DNA from: a virus
Lineage: Duplodnaviria; Caudoviricetes
Length of the DNA: 64,000 bases
IMG/VR virus record: IMGVR_UViG_2595698524_000001
Coordinates: 128,001 to 192,000 of that record
Direction: 5' to 3' (one strand)
The translations under genes were made by a program, and so were the position numbers. Under the pieces are notes generated by a model, which was given only the letters and a program-made list of their open reading frames with translations, did not search any database and had not been told where the DNA came from. Positions within the stretch are counted from its first letter, which is position 1, and each line of letters begins with the position of its first letter. Of this stretch, positions 47,632-57,097 are shown in pieces.

Positions 47632-49110
47632 ATGGCTGGTCCGAAGAAGGCTACTCAAGGTGAGGCTATTCGCCCACGTTTTAACATCTGGACTATTTTT
47701 GACCATGCGCTGGGCGAGTATGTGAAAGGCGAAGACGGCCTTTGGTACCTCAACGGCGGCTTTGGACACATCATGGGTTTCGCAGGTCGTGGTAACACTT
47801 TTAAATCCTTCCTGCTCGACTACTGCATCATGACCATTCTGCTCCGCTACCGCGCAGAGTGGGCATCGAAGTACGACACCGAAGTTTCTGCACAGCTTTC
47901 TCGTATGCAAACCGTGGTACGTTGTATCTGTAATGCCAACGGCTGGGAATATGACTACGCGGAACATGCCGTAGAAGTCCTGATGGAAAAAGGCTGCTTC
48001 AACATGCAGTCTTCCGACCTCGTGCCGGGCGAGCAGTGGTGGGCCGACTACATCCGTGATGAAGTTGAAGACCGCTACAAACAGTACATGGGTAAAAAGA
48101 ACCTGCGCGAAACGCCGTTCCCTGACCCGATTCGTAAAGAAAACAAAAAGATGCTCAACCCATGGGCATACGGTTGCGACTCGCTTTCCGAATGGAAAAC
48201 GTCCAAGATGGAAGATGCGCGTGACGACTCTAACGTGGGTGACTCTGAACAGAACGCCTTGGCTGCACAAGACGCTAAGCAGAAGTCAGACATGATGGGT
48301 CGTTGGCCAAACGCACTGGCGCGTGGACACTTCTACATGGGCTTCGTGGTTCACATCACGGATAACATGCAGATGGGTCGTATTGAACCGGGCAAAAAGC
48401 TCGATGAGTTCAAAGGCAACATCAAGTTTGCTAACGTGCCGGGTCGTGCTGTAACCTTCCTCACTAACTCCCTGCTGGTTGCCACTCACTCTGGTGACTG
48501 TAAACAGCCTAGCAGCTTCAACTCCAAAACCGGTGTTGAAGAGCCGATGTTCCCTTCTGCGAAACAGAAAGGGAAAAGCAGTTCCGTTAACGATTTGAAA
48601 ATCATCCGCTATACCCAGTTCCGTGCCAAGTCCGGCCCGACGGGTGTGAAGATGGACATGATCTACTCTCAGGAACTCGGATTCATGCCGCACCTGTCTC
48701 TGTGGTATTACTTGAAAGAAACCTTAACCGGTGATTTCGGGTTTACACGTTCGGGGCATTTCTATGAGCTTAGCCTGCTGCCGGGTGTGAAGTTTGGTCG
48801 TACGACTATCTTCGACATGGCGCTTGAGAACCGTCGTTTACAGCGTGCTTTGGAAATTACTGCGGGTCTGGCGTATATCCAGAATAACTGGTTCCGCTTA
48901 GAGCCTGAGTACCATATCACGCCGCAGGAGCTTTACGATAAGGTGAAGGAAGCCGGGTTTGACTGGGATGAAATCTTAGACAACACCGTAGAATATTGGC
49001 AGTTCAAAGACCAAGAGACCAAAACCTCAAAACGTTGCGTCACGGTAAAAACCTTGCTGGACATGGCGTTAAAAGGTCTGAAGCCAAAGTTCCTCACAGT
49101 GAAAAAATAA
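47632..49110 (+). CDS. uvsX: UvsX/RecA-like recombinase
   Basis: Walker A AGRGNTFKS, YDTE catalytic Glu, DSLS Walker B. Confidence 0.75.
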   Translation: MAGPKKATQGEAIRPRFNIWTIFDHALGEYVKGEDGLWYLNGGFGHIMGFAGRGNTFKSFLLDYCIMTILLRYRAEWASKYDTEVSAQLSRMQTVVRCICNANGWEYDYAEHAVEVLMEKGCFNMQSSDLVPGEQWWADYIRDEVEDRYKQYMGKKNLRETPFPDPIRKENKKMLNPWAYGCDSLSEWKTSKMEDARDDSNVGDSEQNALAAQDAKQKSDMMGRWPNALARGHFYMGFVVHITDNMQMGRIEPGKKLDEFKGNIKFANVPGRAVTFLTNSLLVATHSGDCKQPSSFNSKTGVEEPMFPSAKQKGKSSSVNDLKIIRYTQFRAKSGPTGVKMDMIYSQELGFMPHLSLWYYLKETLTGDFGFTRSGHFYELSLLPGVKFGRTTIFDMALENRRLQRALEITAGLAYIQNNWFRLEPEYHITPQELYDKVKEAGFDWDEILDNTVEYWQFKDQETKTSKRCVTVKTLLDMALKGLKPKFLTVKK

Positions 49111-49119
49111 CTTTTGGTT

Positions 49120-49141
49120 GGGTAGGGGGAAACCCCTACCC
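49120..49141 (+). other. GNRA-loop stem-loop (terminator or mRNA-stabilising hairpin)
   Basis: GGGTAGGGG-gaaa-CCCCTACCC directly before the RBS of 49157; no U-tract. Confidence 0.5.
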
Positions 49142-49156
49142 TAAAGGACTTTAAAA

Positions 49157-49468
49157 ATGCGTTATCAAGATGTGGTAATTGAGCGCCTGCGTCAAGGTCT
49201 GGCTAGCGTTGACCACGGCATCGCGCAAACTTTTGTTGACGAGTGTAGCTCACCGGCGAGTTCTCTGTACGAGTTCTCCGACCGCGTTAATCGTCACTTC
49301 GCTGGGCTGTTACAAACGTGCGGGGTTAAACCTCAGCCACGTGACTTCGAAGTACCGGAAGACAATGACGCAATCCCGTACTGGATTGAGGATTTGGAAA
49401 ACCGGGTTCATCCTGTCCTGAAATCAACCCGAGGTAAGAAAGATGGCACTGAATCAACAGCTGCGTAG
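49157..49468 (+). CDS. Hypothetical protein
   Basis: AAGGA RBS; 103 aa. Confidence 0.65.
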   Translation: MRYQDVVIERLRQGLASVDHGIAQTFVDECSSPASSLYEFSDRVNRHFAGLLQTCGVKPQPRDFEVPEDNDAIPYWIEDLENRVHPVLKSTRGKKDGTESTAA

Positions 49469-50114
49469 AAAGGCAGAAGCCTACATCTATTCTATCCTCG
49501 ACGCAGTAGACCCGTCAGGCATTAACACAAAAGTGGCCAAGGAATGTATCCCGGCAATGTCTGACGAGAAATTCGTCGAGATGGCGAAGATGGGTATTCC
49601 GATTTACCAACCGGTTGGCGGGAAAACCAAAATCGACTACAAGAATAACATCAAAGTAGCCGAGAAGATGGGTATTCCTCTGTCAGAGAAACTCTGGCTG
49701 ACGGAACCGAAGACCGGGTTAACTCACCTTACCCGTCACCCTCATCTGGTACTGCTGTTGCCGATTCGTCGACAAACGCAGATGCTGGAAAAGAAAATGT
49801 CTGTGGCCAAACACGATAAGATTCGTGATAAGCTTACAGGTCAGGTGACCGGCCCGTCAAAAGCGTCGGGGATTTCCTTCCCGGAAGCGTACATCATTTA
49901 CTCGGATAAACTCGATGAGTCACTGCAGGAGTTCTTGCATGCTCGTGGGGGTAACGAGGCGGTGAACCGTGCCTTCTATCAGGCGCTGCGCATGACAGGT
50001 AAAGGTCGTATTCACATTCCGGGTGCAGAACGCACGTCAGCGAAGTCTACCCGTACGTGGGGTGCTTTCTATACGGCGATGCACATCGGTAACAACTTAG
50101 GACGTCCGCAATGA
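49443..50114 (+). CDS. Phage multisubunit RNA polymerase, beta-subunit C-terminal fragment (phiKZ gp149-like virion RNAP subunit)
   Basis: RRQTQMLEKKMSV...RDKLTGQVTGPSKASGISFPEA resembles the RNAP beta C-terminal region; split RNAP subunits are typical of phiKZ-like phages. Confidence 0.7.
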   Translation: MALNQQLRRKAEAYIYSILDAVDPSGINTKVAKECIPAMSDEKFVEMAKMGIPIYQPVGGKTKIDYKNNIKVAEKMGIPLSEKLWLTEPKTGLTHLTRHPHLVLLLPIRRQTQMLEKKMSVAKHDKIRDKLTGQVTGPSKASGISFPEAYIIYSDKLDESLQEFLHARGGNEAVNRAFYQALRMTGKGRIHIPGAERTSAKSTRTWGAFYTAMHIGNNLGRPQ

Positions 50115-50833
50115 TTTTTACGCGTCGGTGTTTAGTTGATGTTAGTTGTTTTTTAGATGACCGCATTGCGCTGGTCGCTGTACGCCATCCTGAACTGATG
50201 GAAAAGCTCGACTACGATGCGTACCGGTTACGCATTACGGAAGTATGGGCCAAAATTATTGGTATCGATAACTTCTTAGCGGAATACAAAACGCGGGATG
50301 TGTCGGTACTGAAAGCTGCGCTACCGACGCAATTTATCAAAGCGTTCCGTGAGCGTCTCGAGGAAGACCTGTTAGCGATTAAGCTGTCAGCGCCAATCGA
50401 ACGACCCACGTTAACAGTCAACCTCTATCCTTACAGCCACTTAAGCGTCCCCGAACGTAATGCGTTCAGAGAGGTGTTCAGTGAGCTGTTCCCGATGGTT
50501 CAGGTCAACGTGGTGTGTATCTCGTTAGATGACTTAACACCCGAATACCTTCGCTCGAACTGGGATAGTTGGTTCACGTACGATTTTTATCCGTGGCTTG
50601 AGATAAACGCTAAGCGGTTATCCACACGCATTCCACGGTTTGTGATTCATCGTCCGGGTATCCTTACCGATGAGCTTACCCCAGAGACGATTGAAGCGAT
50701 TAAGCGAGATAAGGCCGATCCGTTTGCAGAGTCAAAAAAATTCCTTGCCGAGTACGTAGCTGTTGAAACGCTCAAAGCTGAGCTTTTCTGCCACGTACCC
50801 GGTTTGGACATTATGCCGAAACGTCAGATTTAA
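50111..50833 (+). CDS. Hypothetical protein
   Basis: ATGA overlap; 240 aa. Confidence 0.7.
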   Translation: MIFTRRCLVDVSCFLDDRIALVAVRHPELMEKLDYDAYRLRITEVWAKIIGIDNFLAEYKTRDVSVLKAALPTQFIKAFRERLEEDLLAIKLSAPIERPTLTVNLYPYSHLSVPERNAFREVFSELFPMVQVNVVCISLDDLTPEYLRSNWDSWFTYDFYPWLEINAKRLSTRIPRFVIHRPGILTDELTPETIEAIKRDKADPFAESKKFLAEYVAVETLKAELFCHVPGLDIMPKRQI

Positions 50834-51278
50834 TCTTACTGAATTCGTTGTTCATGATTTCTTCAACGTCAATCGTTTCACCCACGGAGGAGAGTTCCCC
50901 GTCGATGTGATTGGCGGCAGGGATATCAGGAATTTCTGGGTGGTAATCAGCGTTGTTTTCTGGCGGTTCATCATGCCGTGCAATCTTCGCGCCCAGTCGT
51001 TCAGTGAGTACCTGATTAATTGCGTTAGCCAAGTCGCCCATTTTCTCGGACGATTTTTCTTGAGCAGCAATACGGCGGCGGTTTGTCACCTGTGTGTCAA
51101 TACCAGACAGCATTTTGTTCAGGCTATTGATTTCGTCTTTGTCCAGATTTGCAGCTGGCTTAGACATAATGGCATCAGCCACGGTGACACGTATCCGCTG
51201 GGTATGGCGCTCTAGCGCAACATCGTCGGCAATATCACCATCAAAGCTCTGATGCGACAGCTTTACATCCTCGCTCAT
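50811..51278 (-). CDS. Hypothetical protein
   Basis: GAGAGG RBS before MSEDVK. Confidence 0.65.
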   Translation of the reverse strand: MSEDVKLSHQSFDGDIADDVALERHTQRIRVTVADAIMSKPAANLDKDEINSLNKMLSGIDTQVTNRRRIAAQEKSSEKMGDLANAINQVLTERLGAKIARHDEPPENNADYHPEIPDIPAANHIDGELSSVGETIDVEEIMNNEFSKIKSDVSA

Positions 51279-51301
51279 ACAGTACCTCTCTAAAAGGAAA
51301 C

Positions 51302-51321
51302 GGATATATGTTATCAATGTG
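51302..51321 (+). promoter_or_regulatory. Putative phage promoter (same motif family)
   Basis: GGATATATGTTATCAATGTG in the divergent intergenic gap. Confidence 0.5.
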
Positions 51322-51322
51322 C

Positions 51323-51829
51323 ATGGGGTGGTTTAAAAAGCGTCTCTATAAACGTCGTAGAGAGCAGCTGTTAGCCACGTTTCATAAGAACAGTAACAAT
51401 CTATACCTGCACGTGATTACTGGCTTAGAACTGCTTACAGAGCCGTTAGAATTTGAATCGGAAAACTACATTCCCTTGTCGCTATTCGGCAACGTCGATA
51501 GTAGCGTTCCGCAATTCGACATTCTGCGTCAACGGCTCGAATGGCATTTAGAAAACTTTGAAAGGGTTATACGAGGAGGCGAATACCGGAACCTGCCTGA
51601 AGCGCTGTCGCGCAAAAACGATATGCCCCTGCCACGGTGGAAGGACCAGTTCTTCCTGACCACCAATTCCGATAATGTCCGTCGGCAACTGGCAGTTATT
51701 AGAGAACTTCTCGTCACGTACGAAGCTGTCTATGTACAGCGTCAGACGCGTCAGGAAGAAGATGTGTTGTGGCGACAAACCCAACCCGTCTTACGCGAGT
51801 TAGAGATCATAGTGGAGCACTTTCTCTAA
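51323..51829 (+). CDS. Hypothetical protein
   Basis: ORF from MGWFKK; exact start uncertain. Confidence 0.65.
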   Translation: MGWFKKRLYKRRREQLLATFHKNSNNLYLHVITGLELLTEPLEFESENYIPLSLFGNVDSSVPQFDILRQRLEWHLENFERVIRGGEYRNLPEALSRKNDMPLPRWKDQFFLTTNSDNVRRQLAVIRELLVTYEAVYVQRQTRQEEDVLWRQTQPVLRELEIIVEHFL

Positions 51830-51861
51830 CATCACCGCCAACCTTGGAGCAAGGATGGAAA

Positions 51862-52683
51862 ATGGACGATATTCAAGACTCGATAGTTACCGGGACGCCG
51901 CAAGACCCGCCTACTGGTAAGTATCTACAGAAGTGTTTCTGGGAATTGTACGACCAATTAAATCCCGACCCGCGAATGTGGAAGCGATTGGTACGCGAGT
52001 ATGTAGAAGACGAACGCTTTATCGGCAAGTCGACTGCTTCACCCGAAGAACGTATCTCTCGACTGACCACCGCCCTGAGTCGTGGTAACATTAAGCATCT
52101 GCAACCCGATTTAACGTGGAAGCGTTTTATCGAGGGCTTGGTGTTCCTCAAGATTCAATCTCTACGCGTCACGGCAACTGCCTTTCGTGGCAACTGGAAA
52201 ACGAAGAGGACGGTATCCGCTGTCACTCGTCCTGAGACTGACCATCTCCGGGCTGTGAATAAAGAGGATGAAGAAGTGTTTGCTGAATCAGTCGGCCGAA
52301 CACTCAACCGTTACTTCGATAACCCAGAGAAAACCGCGACACGGGTTATGGAACACATCTTACTGAAATTATTTTGGCAGGCCATCGCCCAGTACAAGAT
52401 TGATAGCCGCATGTGGAAGGAACTGTTAATCGTTTACGTTAACAATCCGAAGAACTGTCCGCAAATCAAATCGCGTCGTAACGATGCCCGTCATAATCTC
52501 CAACAATCTATTCGTCGAACCAAAAAGTTAACATGGCGCTTCTTCCTTAAAGCAATGCAGGCGATTGACGTCCGCGAGCTTCGGATGGCGTTTCTCTTTA
52601 CAACCGAGAGCGGTAAAGAGGTGGAGTGTTACTTTGTTGTTGATTTGACGAAGCATACGTTTAAGAGCGGTAAAGATGAGTAA
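51862..52683 (+). CDS. Hypothetical protein with internal tandem domain duplication
   Basis: Two copies of FW...D.RMWK.L...YV...LTW..F. Confidence 0.7.
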   Translation: MDDIQDSIVTGTPQDPPTGKYLQKCFWELYDQLNPDPRMWKRLVREYVEDERFIGKSTASPEERISRLTTALSRGNIKHLQPDLTWKRFIEGLVFLKIQSLRVTATAFRGNWKTKRTVSAVTRPETDHLRAVNKEDEEVFAESVGRTLNRYFDNPEKTATRVMEHILLKLFWQAIAQYKIDSRMWKELLIVYVNNPKNCPQIKSRRNDARHNLQQSIRRTKKLTWRFFLKAMQAIDVRELRMAFLFTTESGKEVECYFVVDLTKHTFKSGKDE

Positions 52684-53926
52684 CCTACTTGATAGCGCAT
52701 TGGCAGGCGCAAAAGCAGGCTGGGGTGCCGTATCCGGTAGCGGAACATCGGCAGACCAGCTTACTAAAGCCGTGGGTGGTCTTTATGACCAAATCGCAAA
52801 GAAAGATGCAGTACAGCAGGCTGCGTCTGTAAGGGGGAGTGGTAGCGGGACAGGCCCGACTACTCGCCCGACTATCTTTGAAACCGACCCGACCGGGATG
52901 CTTCCGGAACTCGACCCGATTCTTCGTAAGGTAGCAGTGCCTTTCGAAGGGCTCGACAAGATGGGCAAACAGGTATTGGATTACCTTGACCCGTCGGGTA
53001 AGTTAACTAACCTCGCGAAGAAAGCCGCTGACGCTTTACCGGGGGAATTAAAAGAAGCGGGTACTAAACTCGCTCGAGGCGACATCGTCGACGCCGCAAA
53101 AGGAATTACGGGGCTAAACAGCTTCAAGGATGTGAACCAGTTAATCACCACAAAGGATGGGAAGTTCGGTTTGGACTTTGCGTCGGTGAAAGGTCGCATC
53201 GAAAAATCGTTCGGTATTAACGGCGGGTTGAACGGGCTATCACCGCAAATCCAAAACCTCATCGGTAAAGCCTCAACAGAAATGTACGGCGATGAGATGG
53301 GTGGGATATTCAACAGCGTTGTTGGTGCTGTTGTCAATGCGGACTTCGATTCGGTTTCTGGCGTTACTGATGTCATCAACCGTATCACGGGTCAGTCTAA
53401 ACTCTGGGATGTGTTCGATTTAGGTGCTGCGTCTGCGCTTATCTACGGGTTGACGGACAAGCTCATTGAGTGGGACACGCCAAGCCTCATTGATGGGGTG
53501 CTCGATAAAATCACTGATGTTAAAGCGCAGAAGGCCATGCTCGATGAGCTGGCAATTCGTGCCAGTGCATCAGGTTCACTGAAGTCCACCGAGTATTACG
53601 TGGCGAAACTCAGTGAGGAGCGCAAGAACGCGATTGCGGATTTGGTCATCAGTAACATGATGCGCAGTCTGAGCTTCTGGGCCTCAAGCGGTGACGAGGT
53701 TTCTTACGGTGATTACGGTCGTCGTCTGATAAGTCTGTTTGGCAGCCTGAATCCGAAGTGGGACCGTGACCCCTACGACCCCACTACCCCGAGCTGCTAT
53801 TATTTCACCCTCATGAACGAAACTGCTTACAAGTCATTATTGACCACGGATAAGCGTCCGTTCTGCGCCGTCTTCGGCATCGTTACGCGAGATGATGTGG
53901 ATACGATCATCTCCGATAGCTTTTAG
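52676..53926 (+). CDS. Hypothetical protein, possibly virion-associated
   Basis: 416 aa with a Gly/Ala-rich N-terminal half. Confidence 0.7.
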   Translation: MSNLLDSALAGAKAGWGAVSGSGTSADQLTKAVGGLYDQIAKKDAVQQAASVRGSGSGTGPTTRPTIFETDPTGMLPELDPILRKVAVPFEGLDKMGKQVLDYLDPSGKLTNLAKKAADALPGELKEAGTKLARGDIVDAAKGITGLNSFKDVNQLITTKDGKFGLDFASVKGRIEKSFGINGGLNGLSPQIQNLIGKASTEMYGDEMGGIFNSVVGAVVNADFDSVSGVTDVINRITGQSKLWDVFDLGAASALIYGLTDKLIEWDTPSLIDGVLDKITDVKAQKAMLDELAIRASASGSLKSTEYYVAKLSEERKNAIADLVISNMMRSLSFWASSGDEVSYGDYGRRLISLFGSLNPKWDRDPYDPTTPSCYYFTLMNETAYKSLLTTDKRPFCAVFGIVTRDDVDTIISDSF

Positions 53927-54954
53927 TGGGAGAAGTTATGATTACCATTAACCCGAAAGTAGTACCGTTAACACGTCTGGCAGGGTTGCTGAGGGTGTTA
54001 ACGCTGGGTACGCGCTACGACCATTCTTGCCAAGGAGAAGGTAAAGAGAAAGTCATTGCCCGTATCAGACACGACATGTTGTTAGAGCAGGTGTTTCCAT
54101 CGAAGTTCGAAGAGGGGATGTCTGAGCTGGCGCTGCTCGAGATTTATAAAACGGGGAAATACGATGCGAAGTACGGCATAGCCATGGCACAGCGGAACGG
54201 CTTAAACCTGCCGAAAGCGAATGCCCACGACTACGATGTGACCAAATGCAGTTTGAGGTCGCTGAGCGTACATCCCGGACCGCTGCGTCATGACCGCGAT
54301 ACCGAACTGTTCGTGCATATGCGTCGTATTGGTGCGGTGTCGATTGTGGGTGAGCAGGAAGATGGTACTGACGGGGTTAACCATGTCAATATCTATTCGG
54401 ATGGGCGCACCATGGTAGGTCGTCTCGCCAGTAATTTTAGCGAAGGTCCATTCGAGACAATAGACGGTACGTTCTTCACGCTTGAAGGCTACTATCACTG
54501 GTTGCGCATTCGTGACTGGACACAGGCTACCAAATACGCTTTTAACATGGCGGCGATGGAAGACATGTATCCGGGCCTACGGAAACTGCGGACTGTGACC
54601 GGTACGGAAGCCATTCGCTTAGGGCGCACACTCAAGTCCAACATCTACGGCGGTACGAAATACCGTACAGGGCCTTTCTCGAAAGAGTCGTTGGAGCGTT
54701 TTCGTTGGGCGTTAGCCGGGAAGTTACACAAGCTGCGTTACAATAATGTGACACTGGGTAACTATTTGTCGATGATGGTGTATTGCGGTTTTCCGTTAAC
54801 GCATTACTACGTGTATAACGGTAAAGTGAAATACCCGGACTTCCGCGAGTGGTTGCCTAACTTATTGTCTGGCTTGTTGGAACATATAGACCCCAACGAT
54901 TCGGACTTCGATTTAGCTGCGCTACAAGCGAAAATAACAGAGGGTTCGATATGA
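53926..54954 (+). CDS. Protein with C-terminal NADAR/T4 gp30.3-like domain
   Basis: HVNIYSDGRTMVGRLASNF...FETIDGTFFTLEGYYHWL resembles the phage NADAR SNF...EG motifs. Confidence 0.5.
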   Translation: MGEVMITINPKVVPLTRLAGLLRVLTLGTRYDHSCQGEGKEKVIARIRHDMLLEQVFPSKFEEGMSELALLEIYKTGKYDAKYGIAMAQRNGLNLPKANAHDYDVTKCSLRSLSVHPGPLRHDRDTELFVHMRRIGAVSIVGEQEDGTDGVNHVNIYSDGRTMVGRLASNFSEGPFETIDGTFFTLEGYYHWLRIRDWTQATKYAFNMAAMEDMYPGLRKLRTVTGTEAIRLGRTLKSNIYGGTKYRTGPFSKESLERFRWALAGKLHKLRYNNVTLGNYLSMMVYCGFPLTHYYVYNGKVKYPDFREWLPNLLSGLLEHIDPNDSDFDLAALQAKITEGSI

Positions 54955-55616
54955 CTTTTAGTCTGACTGCCATGCTCGAAGGGCTGGACAAAGACAAGGA
55001 GTGGGGTCATCAACAGGCTGCTCAGGAATCTATCTCGGTTGAGAAAGAGAAAGAGTATTGCCTGTGGGTGAAGCCAACGTCTGCAGGGTGGCAGTGGCTG
55101 GGTGAGCAACAGAGTACGCCGACACTGGATATTCTGATGCCTATCGAAGGGGCACGTCGTCGCTGCCGCATTCGTCCGGATGGGGCGAAGTTAACGTTGA
55201 AGCAACGTATCAACAATGAGACGGTGGAAGAGAACAGCGATATCGGTTTCGGTATGGCGTTGTCGTTCTACGCAGATGGGTTTAATGCTCACCTGTTCCG
55301 CCGTATTCATCTGGAAGCCGCTCCGGAATTAATGGAGCAGGGCGCGAAACACTGGGACATCGATATTTTCCATATCGTGCCACAGCATCCGCAACTGCCG
55401 GACATTCAGGCGCTGAACGATTTATCAGACACGCTTCGCCAGACCACCGCTTACGGTGATTTGGTAAAAGTGGAACTGGAGGTGGGGACGTTCTTCACTG
55501 ACAGCATCCGTGACCTACTGCCGTTTGAAGTCGAGGAGATTTATCCTTCTCGTCCGAAAGACGAAGAAACGCAGGTTATGTTGGCTGATTACTGGGATAA
55601 CATTACCAGTATTTGA
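54951..55616 (+). CDS. CYTH/triphosphate-tunnel-like protein
   Basis: EKEKEY (ExExK-like), RCRIR, LTLK, EEN, WDIDIF and VELEV in CYTH order. Confidence 0.6.
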   Translation: MTFSLTAMLEGLDKDKEWGHQQAAQESISVEKEKEYCLWVKPTSAGWQWLGEQQSTPTLDILMPIEGARRRCRIRPDGAKLTLKQRINNETVEENSDIGFGMALSFYADGFNAHLFRRIHLEAAPELMEQGAKHWDIDIFHIVPQHPQLPDIQALNDLSDTLRQTTAYGDLVKVELEVGTFFTDSIRDLLPFEVEEIYPSRPKDEETQVMLADYWDNITSI

Positions 55617-55621
55617 TATAC

Positions 55622-55655
55622 ACCCAGCCCCGGTGGGCTGGGTTTCTTTCTTTTC
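55622..55655 (+). terminator. Intrinsic terminator
   Basis: ACCCAGCCC-cggt-GGGCTGGGT plus T-rich tract. Confidence 0.7.
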
Positions 55656-55672
55656 TTCCTCAGGAGTATTCC

Positions 55673-56056
55673 ATGTTTCAGGTTAAAATCAGCAAAGAAA
55701 ATGTCTTGACCGTTAACGGTATTGAGGTTCCCGGTGGTTCCCAGCCGCGTTTCCTGTCTTTGTTCTCGCACATCACCCCGAATGCCAAAGTGGTTATTGG
55801 GACACCAAAAGGCCACAGTGTTGAACATCCGGATGCGGGTACGCACTACATCGCGTTTATCCGCGCTGACCAAGCAGCATTCGATATGCTGAAGCAGTTT
55901 GTCTCAACCGAGCCGGTTGACATGGAAAACGAAGAGACGGTTATCATTCGCGACGATGGTGATTTCCATGGCAAGCGCTATGCGGAAATCTATCACGTTA
56001 TCCGCCGCCCGAAAGCAGAAGTGGTTACCGACACCGCTGATTACGACGACGAGTAA
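55673..56056 (+). CDS. Hypothetical protein
   Basis: CAGGAG RBS before MFQVK. Confidence 0.7.
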   Translation: MFQVKISKENVLTVNGIEVPGGSQPRFLSLFSHITPNAKVVIGTPKGHSVEHPDAGTHYIAFIRADQAAFDMLKQFVSTEPVDMENEETVIIRDDGDFHGKRYAEIYHVIRRPKAEVVTDTADYDDE

Positions 56057-56114
56057 TTTTTAACATCACGGCAGTTAGTTATGTAAATACTGCTTTGTCG
56101 AGGCATAAGCTTAA

Positions 56115-56261
56115 ATGCGCAAAAAGTTCTGGCGTTCGATTCTAACCATTTTAGTCATACTGTCCATCGCAGGTTACGTAAGCGCAACCCTGCAAGCACT
56201 AATCTGGTCCGGTGTATTACGAACGTCGACGTATCACACATCTCGAGGTTACAATGAATAA
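56115..56261 (+). CDS. Small membrane protein (48 aa)
   Basis: MRKKFWRSILTILVILSIAG...; GAGG RBS. Confidence 0.45.
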   Translation: MRKKFWRSILTILVILSIAGYVSATLQALIWSGVLRTSTYHTSRGYNE

Positions 56262-56709
56262 ATTCGACTTGACAGACGACTGGCGTATGACCCTAAACGG
56301 GATGACGTCAGAGCCTATCACGGAAGAGCACCGTGAGCTGTTCGCTCGCCTGAGAAAGGTGGTGAAGGGGCATGAGTTTAAAATCATCCTGACCACCAAT
56401 CCGTTAGCGCCGAACCCGAAAGCGATCGATGGCATTATCTATATGCCGGTTATCGCTGAAATCGCACCGAAAGAAGCTGACTTCATCCTGACCATGGGTA
56501 AGCTCACCAACGACGTGGACGGCGACTACGGTATGCACTGTCTGAAAGCCCGCACACCCGTCGTCAAAGACTGGGAAGTGCGTGGGGACGGTCGTGAAGT
56601 GCTGACCGGTCGTGACGTGGTACTGGCGTTCATTCCGGGTGAAGACGTTCAGGGTCGTACTTTCATTAACTTCTGGGACGACTTCGATGCCGAACAAACT
56701 GAGAATTGA
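56254..56709 (+). CDS. Hypothetical protein
   Basis: GAGG RBS before MNKFD. Confidence 0.7.
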   Translation: MNKFDLTDDWRMTLNGMTSEPITEEHRELFARLRKVVKGHEFKIILTTNPLAPNPKAIDGIIYMPVIAEIAPKEADFILTMGKLTNDVDGDYGMHCLKARTPVVKDWEVRGDGREVLTGRDVVLAFIPGEDVQGRTFINFWDDFDAEQTEN

Positions 56710-57088
56710 AAACGACGAGATTGTCATCAATGACAAACCAATCGGCAATCTCAATCTGGCACGCTGGGTACTTGACGAGCTGGAAAACAAGTTCGGGCAA
56801 GATGAGTTCTACCTGACGGTCATCGGCGTGCCGCCGAACAATGACGCATGGAAAAACCGCATGCCGGTCATGCGCGAACTCAGTGAAGAAGGGTTCGTTA
56901 CGCTTTACAAAGCGGCAACCATCCGCGGGTGGATTAGCGACCCTGAAGTGGCGGCCCACCTTGCTATGGTAGCAAACAAAGCTGTCCCGTTTGCGAACGG
57001 TCACGTCCCTGCGGATGCGAACGACCTGCTGTTGTGGGCGAACCACGACATTGAAAATAAAACCACAACCTATCATCTCGTTTATTAA
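56687..57088 (+). CDS. Hypothetical protein
   Basis: MPNKLRIEN start overlapping the upstream gene. Confidence 0.65.
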   Translation: MPNKLRIENDEIVINDKPIGNLNLARWVLDELENKFGQDEFYLTVIGVPPNNDAWKNRMPVMRELSEEGFVTLYKAATIRGWISDPEVAAHLAMVANKAVPFANGHVPADANDLLLWANHDIENKTTTYHLVY

Positions 57089-57097
57089 GGAAACCTC

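Noticed and set aside
47575-48270. 231-aa antisense ORF within uvsX, and similar long antisense ORFs at 5670..6257, 13432..14067 and 18570..19196
   Set aside because: These are codon-bias shadows of well-supported genes on the opposite strand.
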